This document shows, in pieces, positions 16,659 to 23,787 of a stretch of 40,166 nt of DNA. Source of the DNA: a virus. Lineage: Duplodnaviria; Caudoviricetes. The notes under the pieces were generated by a model that worked only from the letters and a program-made list of their open reading frames with translations, was not told the DNA's origin and ran no database searches. Location: the IMG/VR virus record IMGVR_UViG_3300005573_000164, positions 1-40,166 of that record. One strand, given 5' to 3'. Both the position numbers and the translations under genes were made by a program. Position 1 is the first letter of the stretch, and every line of letters starts with the position of its first letter.

Positions 16659-16676
16659 TGAGCCGCAGCGTTAAAA
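16602..16676 (+). mobile_element. Degenerate terminal attC site K
   Basis: The right arm ACTGAGC CGCAGC GTTAAAA is canonical; the left arm GATGGTC CGACC GCTGCAAT has lost AAC. Confidence 0.45.
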
Positions 16677-17279
16677 TGGGATGTTGTCTTCTTCGGAGTC
16701 ACGGCTTTGCCTCGGCTCCTCTTCATGGCCAGGTTGCCACTCCTTGCAACTCGCAATCACGCTCTGCAACCCGGCGCTCAACGATTTGAAGGTGTCGTTC
16801 TCGCCGTCCTCGATCTGGTAGTGTATAGTCTTGGTCAACAACTCCGGCGGTGCTGGCGTGCCCTTCGGCAAGGGTGTAATGGCGGTGATATTAGCGTAGG
16901 TCTTGCCGTCCTTCTCTTTGTGGATCAGCGTCAGCAGGCACGCCTTCCCCAACACCTTCTCGACTTTGAACCCCTTGAGTTCTTCGGGCCTAAATCCGAT
17001 CCCCCTCCAACTTTCGAGATCGGCCCGCAAGTTGGCATTATTGGCCAGACTGTTCGTGTACCGTTGCCAAACGATGTGCGGTTTCTTCAAGCCTTCTTCC
17101 GTCTCGTAGAACTCGTCACTTAATTCCCAACCGAGCAAAATTTTCTCCTGCCATATCACCCGGTTGTTCCAGGTGGTTTGCTGCGTGCCAAGGTCAATGA
17201 CCGCGAAGCACCGGGCGCGATGCGTTCCGGCGGGTGGCGGTATGATGTTCTTGCCTGTGTCTTTGGCGGTTGTGCTCAT
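16671..17279 (-). CDS. ssDNA-binding-like / NGO0469-type phage replication protein
   Basis: PPAGTHRARCFAVIDLGTQ N-terminus, LGKACLL, and an acidic C-terminal EEDNIPF typical of SSB tails. Confidence 0.7.
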   Translation of the reverse strand: MSTTAKDTGKNIIPPPAGTHRARCFAVIDLGTQQTTWNNRVIWQEKILLGWELSDEFYETEEGLKKPHIVWQRYTNSLANNANLRADLESWRGIGFRPEELKGFKVEKVLGKACLLTLIHKEKDGKTYANITAITPLPKGTPAPPELLTKTIHYQIEDGENDTFKSLSAGLQSVIASCKEWQPGHEEEPRQSRDSEEDNIPF

Positions 17280-17297
17280 GTTTCTCCTTTTTGTTTA

Positions 17298-17492
17298 TTA
17301 TTTCCTGACGGCGACATGATCATAGGCCAAGTAAGCCTGTTGTTCCTCCGGGGCACATCTCATCGAAGGCATCCTGGAGTAGTCGCGTGGCTTCGCGCTC
17401 GCTGCACCATCCGGCTTTTGGTCGGCATTCACCTGGCCGCGCACGACGTGGCCCAGCCGCGAGCACCTCATTATGGATTCGAGTGCTTTCAT
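17298..17492 (-). CDS. Hypothetical protein
   Basis: 64 aa, ATGA-coupled to the upstream gene. Confidence 0.4.
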   Translation of the reverse strand: MKALESIMRCSRLGHVVRGQVNADQKPDGAASAKPRDYSRMPSMRCAPEEQQAYLAYDHVAVRK

Positions 17493-17872
17493 CGGCCGAC
17501 CTTCGCTTCGGCAGCGGTTGCGGTTGGCTCGGTATTACCATTTACAACCGAGAGTTTCATTTTGAGTTGATCGGGGTTGTCCCGCATCAACCGTCCATCC
17601 TTGGTTGTGTAGAGCACGCTCGCCTTGCGTTCCGGCTTTGGCAGCTTCTCATCCACGCGCACGAACGCTTTGACCGTTGCGCCTTCTTCATCCATCGGCA
17701 CAAGCTCCACGGTCACGACGACCTTCCCGCGCAGGACCGTCTCGCGGACTGCCTTCACTAATCGCTCCAACGCCAACGACGCATCAGCTGCGTGCTCGCC
17801 ATCACGCAGACTGGCGAGCAGTTGAATGAAGCTATTGTTGACCGGCTTCACTTCGGTCTGTTTCTTTCGCAT
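17489..17872 (-). CDS. Conserved phage hypothetical protein
   Basis: MRKKQTE...LERLVKAVRETVLRGKVVVTVEL...LMRDNPDQ; AAGGAG RBS; ATG at 17872. Confidence 0.7.
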   Translation of the reverse strand: MRKKQTEVKPVNNSFIQLLASLRDGEHAADASLALERLVKAVRETVLRGKVVVTVELVPMDEEGATVKAFVRVDEKLPKPERKASVLYTTKDGRLMRDNPDQLKMKLSVVNGNTEPTATAAEAKVGR

Positions 17873-18161
17873 CGGTTCTCTCCTTGTTGTGTCCCGCAAG
17901 CGCGGGATGGTTAAAATTGTTCCGCCGCTTTGCGGTTATCGCCTGTTGGCCGTCGCCGGTCAGGTATTGTGATTCCGCCCATGCAAGCACCCGGCTCTTC
18001 AAGAACCGCCGGTGCCCGCCCGGAATGCAGAAGTGCGGCAGGATGTGATGCAGCCGCCGGTAGTAGGACGTGTTGGAAATCTTGAGGAACGTGCACACGT
18101 CCTCAATCGTCCAGACTTCATCGTCCAGTGCCGTGCTTGGGGCGGGGGTGTTGTTCATCAA
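17832..18161 (-). CDS. AlpA/excisionase-like HTH DNA-binding protein
   Basis: WTIEDVCTFLKISNTSYYR...LPHFCIPGGHRRFLKSRVLAW. Confidence 0.8.
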   Translation of the reverse strand: MMNNTPAPSTALDDEVWTIEDVCTFLKISNTSYYRRLHHILPHFCIPGGHRRFLKSRVLAWAESQYLTGDGQQAITAKRRNNFNHPALAGHNKERTDAKETDRSEAGQQ

Positions 18162-18370
18162 TGCGAAATCAATTCCTCTGGTGGCGCGCCCGGTTCCTCT
18201 TCTCGGAACGGTTCAATCTTCTGGATCATCTGGGGAAACCATTGGAACATAGCCGCGAACCCCGCGCGTTCCTCCGGCGTCAGCTTCTCCCGTTCCTCCA
18301 AGTACAGTGCCAGCACTGCCGCCATCCGGTCCGCCACCGGCAACTGCATAATAATGGTGTGCTGGCTCAT
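18158..18370 (-). CDS. Hypothetical protein
   Basis: 70 aa, coupled within the operon. Confidence 0.55.
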   Translation of the reverse strand: MSQHTIIMQLPVADRMAAVLALYLEEREKLTPEERAGFAAMFQWFPQMIQKIEPFREEEPGAPPEELISH

Positions 18371-18371
18371 G

Positions 18372-18551
18372 CTAGCCCTGGCTGACTATCGTCGGCAGGC
18401 CAGTCTTCTCTCGGAGCAATTGCTCGATCAATCCACTCAACGATAAGCCATGGCGTGCGGCGAAATTCTCCGCCGCTTCACGCACAGTTGCGTTCAGCGC
18501 GATGTTGACCGGTACCTTGTCTCTTTTGCGTCGTTCTCTTGTCTTGTTCAT
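18372..18551 (-). CDS. Ribbon-helix-helix (Arc/CopG-like) regulator, not in the ORF track
   Basis: Hand translation gives MNKTRERRKRDKVPVNIALNATVREAAENFAARHGLSLSGLIEQLLREKTGLPTIVSQG (59 aa); first gene after a strong promoter. Confidence 0.75.
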   Translation of the reverse strand: MNKTRERRKRDKVPVNIALNATVREAAENFAARHGLSLSGLIEQLLREKTGLPTIVSQG

Positions 18552-18559
18552 ACATGCGC

Positions 18560-18588
18560 ATAATATGTATATACCCTGTATATGTCAA
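18560..18588 (-). promoter_or_regulatory. Sigma70 promoter of the replication/cassette operon
   Basis: TTGACA-17nt-TATTAT with the ATG 8 nt further on (leaderless-like); TGCGCA palindromes at about 18555 and 18614. Confidence 0.8.
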
Positions 18589-18639
18589 GTGCCAAAATAC
18601 TTCTTGCATGTTGTGCGCATAGTGCGATAGACAGGTCGC

Positions 18640-18951
18640 TCATCGGGACACGTTGTCGCCATCTTTGGCATGACCCTTCACCACCACGGTCACCTTATTC
18701 CACTCCATTGTTTCGGCCAAGGTGACGGTGCGGACTTTCACGGTGGCGCCCCGCTTCTCTAAAATCCTTTTGGCGGCGCGGTTGACCATCCATTGGAAGA
18801 GCGCGGAGTTGCCGCCCGCGAGAAACCCCGCCACGGCGTCCGTCTCGAACGCCAGCAGGTTGATGGTGAGTCCGGTCAGTGACCCGGTGGGTGGAATCGG
18901 TAGGTATCCGATCCGCCGCTTCGCTTCGGTCTGTGCAGATTGCCAGGTCAT
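18640..18951 (-). CDS. Hypothetical protein
   Basis: 103 aa, ATGA-coupled. Confidence 0.55.
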   Translation of the reverse strand: MTWQSAQTEAKRRIGYLPIPPTGSLTGLTINLLAFETDAVAGFLAGGNSALFQWMVNRAAKRILEKRGATVKVRTVTLAETMEWNKVTVVVKGHAKDGDNVSR

Positions 18952-19175
18952 GACGCCACCGTGACGTTGAACACGACCTGCAAACGGTAGTCACCGGAGT
19001 CTGCGCCAACCCACCAACACCGGCACATGCAGTTCTCCCATCTCTTGCCGTCCACCAACTCCATTGGGGTCGAGCAATGGGGACATAATGGTTTACGGTG
19101 TTCATTGATCTGCACCGCATAGGTAAGGCCGTCGCGGGTGTTGGTCGCTTGCGCGAGTACGATGTTCTCTTTCAT
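18948..19175 (-). CDS. Small zinc-ribbon protein
   Basis: CPHC...CMC; AAAGGA RBS. Confidence 0.55.
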   Translation of the reverse strand: MKENIVLAQATNTRDGLTYAVQINEHRKPLCPHCSTPMELVDGKRWENCMCRCWWVGADSGDYRLQVVFNVTVAS

Positions 19176-19210
19176 GCATTCCTTTCCTGCCCCGGTTTGG
19201 CGCGGGACGA

Positions 19211-19323
19211 TGCCGGCGGCTCTATGCCGCCCTTGATTTCTTCTTCGGCTAACATTTGCTCATGCGTGGACAATAGCACAAAAGGGTTGTCGGTGTCAAG
19301 CGGTCAGGTGTTCATTGCCGCAG
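19211..19323 (-). pseudogene. Deleted duplicate of 20051-20280 (promoter plus truncated small gene)
   Basis: Near-identical to 20051-20280 but lacks 20094-20210; the ORF is reduced to MSKC*; the promoter TTGACA-18-TATTGT is retained. Confidence 0.8.
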
Positions 19324-19476
19324 CCAGGACAGATGCACTTTGTCGCCTTCGGGTTCGGTTCTTCGTGCGGGAACACGGTAGCGCCTTCCAGCCCAAGCTT
19401 GCAGGGACGAATCGATGGCTGGGACCGGCGTGGCGTAGTAGTCGGACACTTCGCCTTTCCCGCCGCGATTGGTGCT
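19296..19476 (-). pseudogene. Fused gene remnants (methyltransferase-like N-terminus plus CxxC C-terminus)
   Basis: Reads STNRGGKGEVSDYYATPVPAI (like phage MTase N-termini) and then, in another frame, ...KCICPGCGNEHLTA*; no start codon. Confidence 0.4.
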
Positions 19477-19536
19477 AACTAATAGGAAATTGCTTTTGCG
19501 GGGGCCAGAAAGGGCGCAAGCCGGGGTTATAGCCCC

Positions 19537-20013
19537 TCACAATCCCTCAAGGTCTTTCTTCTCCTTTGCCTTCTTCTTTGCATCTTCTCTCTCGATGTAC
19601 TCCTTCGTAACCACCGTCAAATAATTCTGCATGGTCATGTACTGAGCGAAAAGAGTACCGTCCTCCGTCTGCCACTCCTTGTCCATCGAAATGATCTCTC
19701 TTTTCTTCCACTTCTTGTTGCCGCCGTTGGCCTTGAGCAGTGTCTCAATCTCGTTGTCGGACATCTCCTTGGCGTTGTCTAAAATATCCGTCTCCTCCTT
19801 CCGGTAGCTAACCAAACCTGCTTTTCCCTGATGGAAGCCGACCATGATAAGAAAACCGCCTTTGCGGAAAAAACTCATCCCGCTGTCCGTGTCGGTCTTG
19901 AATGCTTTGCCGTATCTCGTCTCGCACTGAGCAGGTGTTTCACCGATTCGTGCGAAAACGCACGCGGGTAGAAACAGCATCACCGCGAGTAGTACAGAGG
20001 TCTGATTTTTCAT
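19537..20013 (-). CDS. Exported/periplasmic protein (moron-like)
   Basis: 158 aa; signal peptide ending VFA-RIGETPAQCETRYG; AAGGAG RBS; flanked by the 12-bp direct repeat AGCCGGGGTTAT (19519, 20040). Confidence 0.8.
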   Translation of the reverse strand: MKNQTSVLLAVMLFLPACVFARIGETPAQCETRYGKAFKTDTDSGMSFFRKGGFLIMVGFHQGKAGLVSYRKEETDILDNAKEMSDNEIETLLKANGGNKKWKKREIISMDKEWQTEDGTLFAQYMTMQNYLTVVTKEYIEREDAKKKAKEKKDLEGL

Positions 20014-20061
20014 GTACGCTCCTTATGGCTATCATTGTTAGCCGGGGTTATGCCGGCGGCT

Positions 20062-20220
20062 TTATGCCGCCCCTGGTTTCTTCTTCGGCCAACGATTGGC
20101 CTTCAGCAGTCTGGCAGTGCGCTTGGCGATCTCCTCCGGGCTGTAGTTCTTCTTCTGACTGCCGCCTTTGCGGCCAATCTTCACGAAATAATCATGCACA
20201 GCTTTGGGTAATTTGCTCAT
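20062..20220 (-). CDS. Small basic protein (IGRKGG motif), leaderless
   Basis: MSKLPKAVHDYFVKIGRKGG...; ATG 6 nt after the -10 box. Confidence 0.7.
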   Translation of the reverse strand: MSKLPKAVHDYFVKIGRKGGSQKKNYSPEEIAKRTARLLKANRWPKKKPGAA

Positions 20221-20226
20221 GCGTGG

Positions 20227-20256
20227 ACAATAGCACAAAAGGATTGTCGGTGTCAA
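20227..20256 (-). promoter_or_regulatory. Sigma70 promoter with extended -10
   Basis: TTGACA-18nt-TATTGT with TGn; duplicated at 19270-19299. Confidence 0.65.
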
Positions 20257-20363
20257 GCGGTCAGGTGTTCATTGCCGCAGTCATTTCGGGCGTGATGGTC
20301 GAAGTGATTGCTTTGGATTGGCATGGCAGTTCTCCTTGTGGTTTGTTTCTGGTGTAAACAACT

Positions 20364-20384
20364 CCGGCCCGAGAGTCGGGCCGG
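20364..20384 (-). terminator. GC-rich hairpin after the ATPase gene
   Basis: CCGGCCCGA-GAG-TCGGGCCGG followed on - by AGTTGTTT. Confidence 0.45.
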
Positions 20385-20401
20385 GTGCGGCAGAATGCCG
20401 C

Positions 20402-21079
20402 CTAACGGATCTTCGACTGCAAGCCCATCACGCAGGCCCGGTAACTCAGATGCCCCCCAATGACGGCGCCGGGCATGTCAGTCACCTTCGGCGCAGGCCC
20501 GCGCTGGCCGGCTTCCTTCCACAGATTGCGCAGCCAATCGTTGGCCGTGGGCATCAACACCGTGGCGCGGGACTCGAATTCCAGTTGCTCGCACCGGGTG
20601 GTGAACCGCCGGTCCATCGCGTCGGGCTCGTTGGTGGTGAAGATCCAGATGGCGTTCGGTGGCGGGTAATCCAGCAGATGCAGGAACACCTGCTTGGCAT
20701 CATCGCGGAGCTTGTCGGCTTCGCTGACGGCAATGACCTTCCACCCGGTCTTGTTCATGGCGGCATACCACGCCGAGCGCATCCGTTGATCCACGTCCCC
20801 CGCCGTCAACGTCACGGCGCACAGGTCGAAGAACCCGCTCATTTGCGCGCGGAGTTCGCCGCCCTCAATGTCGCATCCTAATGCCCTGGCCAACACGCGG
20901 GCCGTACAAGACTTCCCGCAGCCGGTCGCCCCATAAAACAGGAACGCGGCGGCATACGGGTTGGCGACGAACCGTTGGAGCCGGTCCACGACGGCCGCCT
21001 GCCCTTGAATCTCGTTAAACGTCAGCGGCGCGAGCGTCTTGGTCAGGGATTTTTGGGTATGGAATCGTTTGGTCATCAT
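20402..21079 (-). CDS. Clamp-loader-like AAA+ ATPase (DnaX/RFC family)
   Basis: PLTFNEIQGQ, FLFYGATGCGKS (Walker A), VSEADKL (altered Walker B), WIFTTN and TRC (SRC-like). Confidence 0.82.
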   Translation of the reverse strand: MMTKRFHTQKSLTKTLAPLTFNEIQGQAAVVDRLQRFVANPYAAAFLFYGATGCGKSCTARVLARALGCDIEGGELRAQMSGFFDLCAVTLTAGDVDQRMRSAWYAAMNKTGWKVIAVSEADKLRDDAKQVFLHLLDYPPPNAIWIFTTNEPDAMDRRFTTRCEQLEFESRATVLMPTANDWLRNLWKEAGQRGPAPKVTDMPGAVIGGHLSYRACVMGLQSKIR

Positions 21080-21258
21080 GGTGTCCTTTCTTTCTTGGTG
21101 CGGTCTGGAGTGGGATGGTACGACTCCAACCGGTTTTCGATCTCGATGCAGCGGGCACACGCCCAACAGCCCCATTTGTAGATTGTCCCCACTGCCCCAC
21201 ACGCGCAGAGTCGGGGACGATTCAGTTTCCGCTTCTCTCGGCAGTGGTTGGTACGCAT
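21076..21258 (-). CDS. Small Cys-rich protein
   Basis: CAC...CARC; AAGGAG RBS; coupled to the ATPase gene. Confidence 0.5.
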   Translation of the reverse strand: MRTNHCREKRKLNRPRLCACGAVGTIYKWGCWACARCIEIENRLESYHPTPDRTKKERTP

Positions 21259-21382
21259 ACGGTCTCCTTGGTGGGGTAGTGGCAGACGATGCAGCCGTCT
21301 TGCCCGTCTGGTCGGTTATAGAGCATCCATCCAGACGTTGTGTTCATGCCGCGCGAGCTTGCAATGGTGAATCTTGGCGTCT

Positions 21383-21664
21383 TCATGGGCTGGCTCTCGG
21401 CGGCTGAGCTTGAGCGTTAGGAGCAATCCACTCGCCGCCGTCAGAGTGTATCCGCACCTTGCCGGTCTTGGTGATGTAGATTTGCAGTCCGCGTTTGTGT
21501 TTTGGCGTTTCAATTCCGAGTGTCACCCATCCCTTTTTCTCATCGGAGAAGTAGCGTTGCACTTTTGCCGCGCCCCACTCGAATCCATATTTGGTTTCTT
21601 GGTAGTGCATAAAGCTCCTAACAACGTGGATGCAGCGAACGCTGATCCGCTGCGTTGCCGCCAT
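21383..21664 (-). CDS. Hypothetical protein in an isolated inverted cassette
   Basis: The body lies between core GTTAGGAGC (21416) and inverse core GCTCCTAAC (21614-21622). Confidence 0.7.
   Translation of the reverse strand: MAATQRISVRCIHVVRSFMHYQETKYGFEWGAAKVQRYFSDEKKGWVTLGIETPKHKRGLQIYITKTGKVRIHSDGGEWIAPNAQAQPPRASP
21398..21422 (+). mobile_element. attC right half-site (L'-R')
   Basis: CGGCGGCTGAGCTTGAGCGTTAGGA is a canonical attC 3' end; no left arm was found. Confidence 0.7.
21616..21660 (+). mobile_element. Mini attC site (45 bp)
   Basis: TCCTAAC AACGTG GATGCAGC GAAC GCTGATC CGCTGC GTTGCCG. Confidence 0.75.
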
Positions 21665-22385
21665 TTTTGACGCCTTTACCCCTCAACATCACGGCGCCGA
21701 TGAAAGTCAGAGCAGCACGATACTCTGCTGCATACTGATCATTACCGTGCACTTCTTGCAATTTTTCCTCAAAGTATTCCATGCTTCCAAAGAAGCATCC
21801 GGTTTGCAAACGCACACCTTTGTCTGTCAAGAACGCCGCCAGGTATGAGTTTCTAGAGCCAAGCTGCCCTATGCATAACATAGCACGATTTGATCCCAAA
21901 ACCACGGAACCGTCTTTCAACTTCGCACCAGCCAACTTCGCACCAGCCAACTTCGCACCAGCCAACTTCGCACCAGCCAACTTCGCATTGGCCAAGTTTG
22001 CCCCCGCCAAGTACGCACCGGCCAAGTTTGCACGAGCCAAGTTTGCATAGGCCAAGTACGCACCGGCCAAGTTTGTATTATCCAAGTACGCACCGGCCAA
22101 GTTTGCACCGGCCAAGTTTGCATAAGCCAAGTTTGCACAGGTCAAGTTTGTACAGGTCAACTTTGCATCAGCCAAGTTTGCATCAGCCAACTTTGCACCG
22201 GCCAAGTTTGCATCAGCCAACTTTGCACCGGCCAAGTTTGCACCGGCCAAGTTTGTATCAGCCAAGTTTGCCTCAGCCAAGTTTGCACCAGCCTTAGCTG
22301 CAGCTTCGAGGCATTGTTTGATATTTTCAGCTTCAAGCGAGAACAGCACGCTTCCATCCCATCGATTTTTTATTTCAACTTTCAT
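21618..22385 (-). CDS. Pentapeptide repeat protein
   Basis: About 25 A(N/K/Y)LA(G/D/Y) repeats, with the N-terminal [11 protein letters not shown] and C-terminal GSRNSYL...GCFFG typical of phage versions. Confidence 0.92.
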   Translation of the reverse strand: MKVEIKNRWDGSVLFSLEAENIKQCLEAAAKAGANLAEANLADTNLAGANLAGAKLADANLAGAKLADANLADAKLTCTNLTCANLAYANLAGANLAGAYLDNTNLAGAYLAYANLARANLAGAYLAGANLANAKLAGAKLAGAKLAGAKLAGAKLKDGSVVLGSNRAMLCIGQLGSRNSYLAAFLTDKGVRLQTGCFFGSMEYFEEKLQEVHGNDQYAAEYRAALTFIGAVMLRGKGVKNGGNAADQRSLHPRC

Positions 22386-22458
22386 TGCTTTTCCCCCCCG
22401 TGGTTTGCGAACCCAGTTTGTATTTCATTTTAGGTCTCCTTTCTCTCCTTTGAATATT

Positions 22459-22562
22459 GTGGGCAGGCGGTGGGTCCGCAGGCGGCACATGCCGCCCACA
22501 GGAACGCCGCTAGATGGCGTAAACCCCCGGCACAATGCCGATGGCTCCAGCCGCCTGCCCAC
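22459..22562 (-). ncRNA. Candidate cloverleaf (four-way junction) structured RNA
   Basis: A 12-bp closing stem GTGGGCAGGCGG/CCGCCTGCCCAC encloses three hairpins; intergenic. Confidence 0.5.
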
Positions 22563-22607
22563 GCTTTTGATGGTCGGTGGATTTAGTTTGGTTTCATATT
22601 GTCCTCC

Positions 22608-23015
22608 TTAATCCCAATACGGTTCGGCGATTTTGGTTGGTGTCCGGCCTTCGGCGCGGTCAATATATTCGCGCCAAGCATCCTGCGAACTCATGATCAG
22701 CACGCCGTGCGGGTGAACTGGGCCGTCCAAGCCCAACAATTTGCCAAGCTCCGCACGCTCCGCCGGTGACATGCTGCCGTAACACGGCGCGCCGGTGTCA
22801 TATTCCTCGTAATCTTCCGGCAAGCTTGTGACGGCGCCGGCTTTCAACCGGCATGACCAAGTACGGCGCGCAGGTGGCGCGTTAATCTTGATCCAGCCCC
22901 ATGCCGTACCCCGTCCGCCGGTCACGCTCCACGTCTTGCCACTCCGCCGCTTCAACGCAGCCTGGATTCGCTTGATGGCACCGTCCCTTGTGATTCCCGT
23001 GGTCATGGCATTCAT
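22608..23015 (-). CDS. Hypothetical early protein
   Basis: AGGAGGT RBS before ATG 23015; ...IQAALKRRSGKTWSVTGGRGTAWGWIKI... Confidence 0.7.
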   Translation of the reverse strand: MNAMTTGITRDGAIKRIQAALKRRSGKTWSVTGGRGTAWGWIKINAPPARRTWSCRLKAGAVTSLPEDYEEYDTGAPCYGSMSPAERAELGKLLGLDGPVHPHGVLIMSSQDAWREYIDRAEGRTPTKIAEPYWD

Positions 23016-23238
23016 TGCATCACCTCCTCTTCGACAAACTTCACCAATTCTTGGGGGTTTCCTTTCATGCATTCCTTTCTGCGCCTCTGGCGCGTTGTGA
23101 AGGTGGCCGTAGTAACGGCGCCGTGCGGCAGCTTTGGCTGCGAGCGTCATGCCTGCTATTTCCCGGCCACGCTTCGATTATTCTGCGGGTTCGGATTTGG
23201 CAGCGGAACAGACCGCCGCCGGTTGACACTTCTCGGAT

Positions 23239-23787
23239 TTAGTTGGCGGAATGGAACAACTGATCAATCTCAGCCGGGGTGAGAAACCGGCCAGCTTGAG
23301 CATCCCACGCCGATTTGATGCGGACGCCACTGGCGATGATTTCGCCGGCATCCCGCCAGTCTTGATAATATTCCAAGCCGCCGGTCGGCGACTGGCTGGC
23401 ATCGCCCTCGATGCCGTACCGTTTGCCGTTCCAGTTGCAGGCGGTGAACAATTTATCTGGATGCGTGAACAAGCCCCGGTGGTCTTTCTCGCCCGGCTTC
23501 ACGCCGTCGCAGTTGTACTTGAACGGCTCAACAAGTGTGCCGTCCGGCTTGATCTGGTCGGCGATGAGTTCCACCAGCTCCATCGGGTTCCGCATCCCGC
23601 CATGCTCCTGCAATACTTCCAGCGTGATACTGCACAGTTCGGCAACTTGTCCTGGCACACCGAATCGGGTCAGGACATGGTGGCAGTTCGCGTCGCCGAT
23701 GGCGCGCAAACCGTGTGGATGTTTGGCGCGGATCTCCACCAGCGCGCCGTACACGGCATCGAGTGTTTCTTGTTTTGTCATGCCCAT
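23239..23787 (-). CDS. Hypothetical protein (N-terminus shared with 25805-26134)
   Basis: The N-terminal ~66 aa are encoded by the 643-bp repeat; the C-terminus is unique. Confidence 0.6.
   Translation of the reverse strand: MGMTKQETLDAVYGALVEIRAKHPHGLRAIGDANCHHVLTRFGVPGQVAELCSITLEVLQEHGGMRNPMELVELIADQIKPDGTLVEPFKYNCDGVKPGEKDHRGLFTHPDKLFTACNWNGKRYGIEGDASQSPTGGLEYYQDWRDAGEIIASGVRIKSAWDAQAGRFLTPAEIDQLFHSAN

Larger units (their letters stand above)
12011..16676 (+). mobile_element. Integron-type attC gene-cassette array without integrase (CALIN-like), genes antisense to attC
   Basis: About 10 sites of the form R''(..AAC)-5nt-L''(8nt)...L'(7nt)-5/6nt-R'(GTT..). Most core sites are complementary to the next inverse core across the gene, e.g. 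GTTCGACAC/GTGTCGAAC, GTTGGCCGC/GCGGCCAAC, GTTCGGCAC/GTGCCGAAC. Confidence 0.9.

Noticed and set aside
17832-18161. Integration module implied by the excisionase-like HTH
   Set aside because: No tyrosine or serine recombinase motifs were found in any ORF; the HTH alone is not enough.
21920-22290. 15-bp DNA repeat element and the +/- low-complexity ORFs over it
   Set aside because: Fully explained by the pentapeptide-repeat coding sequence; the other frames are shadows.
22459-22562. tRNA gene
   Set aside because: The stem lengths and loops do not fit a tRNA; no TTC T-loop or CCA end.
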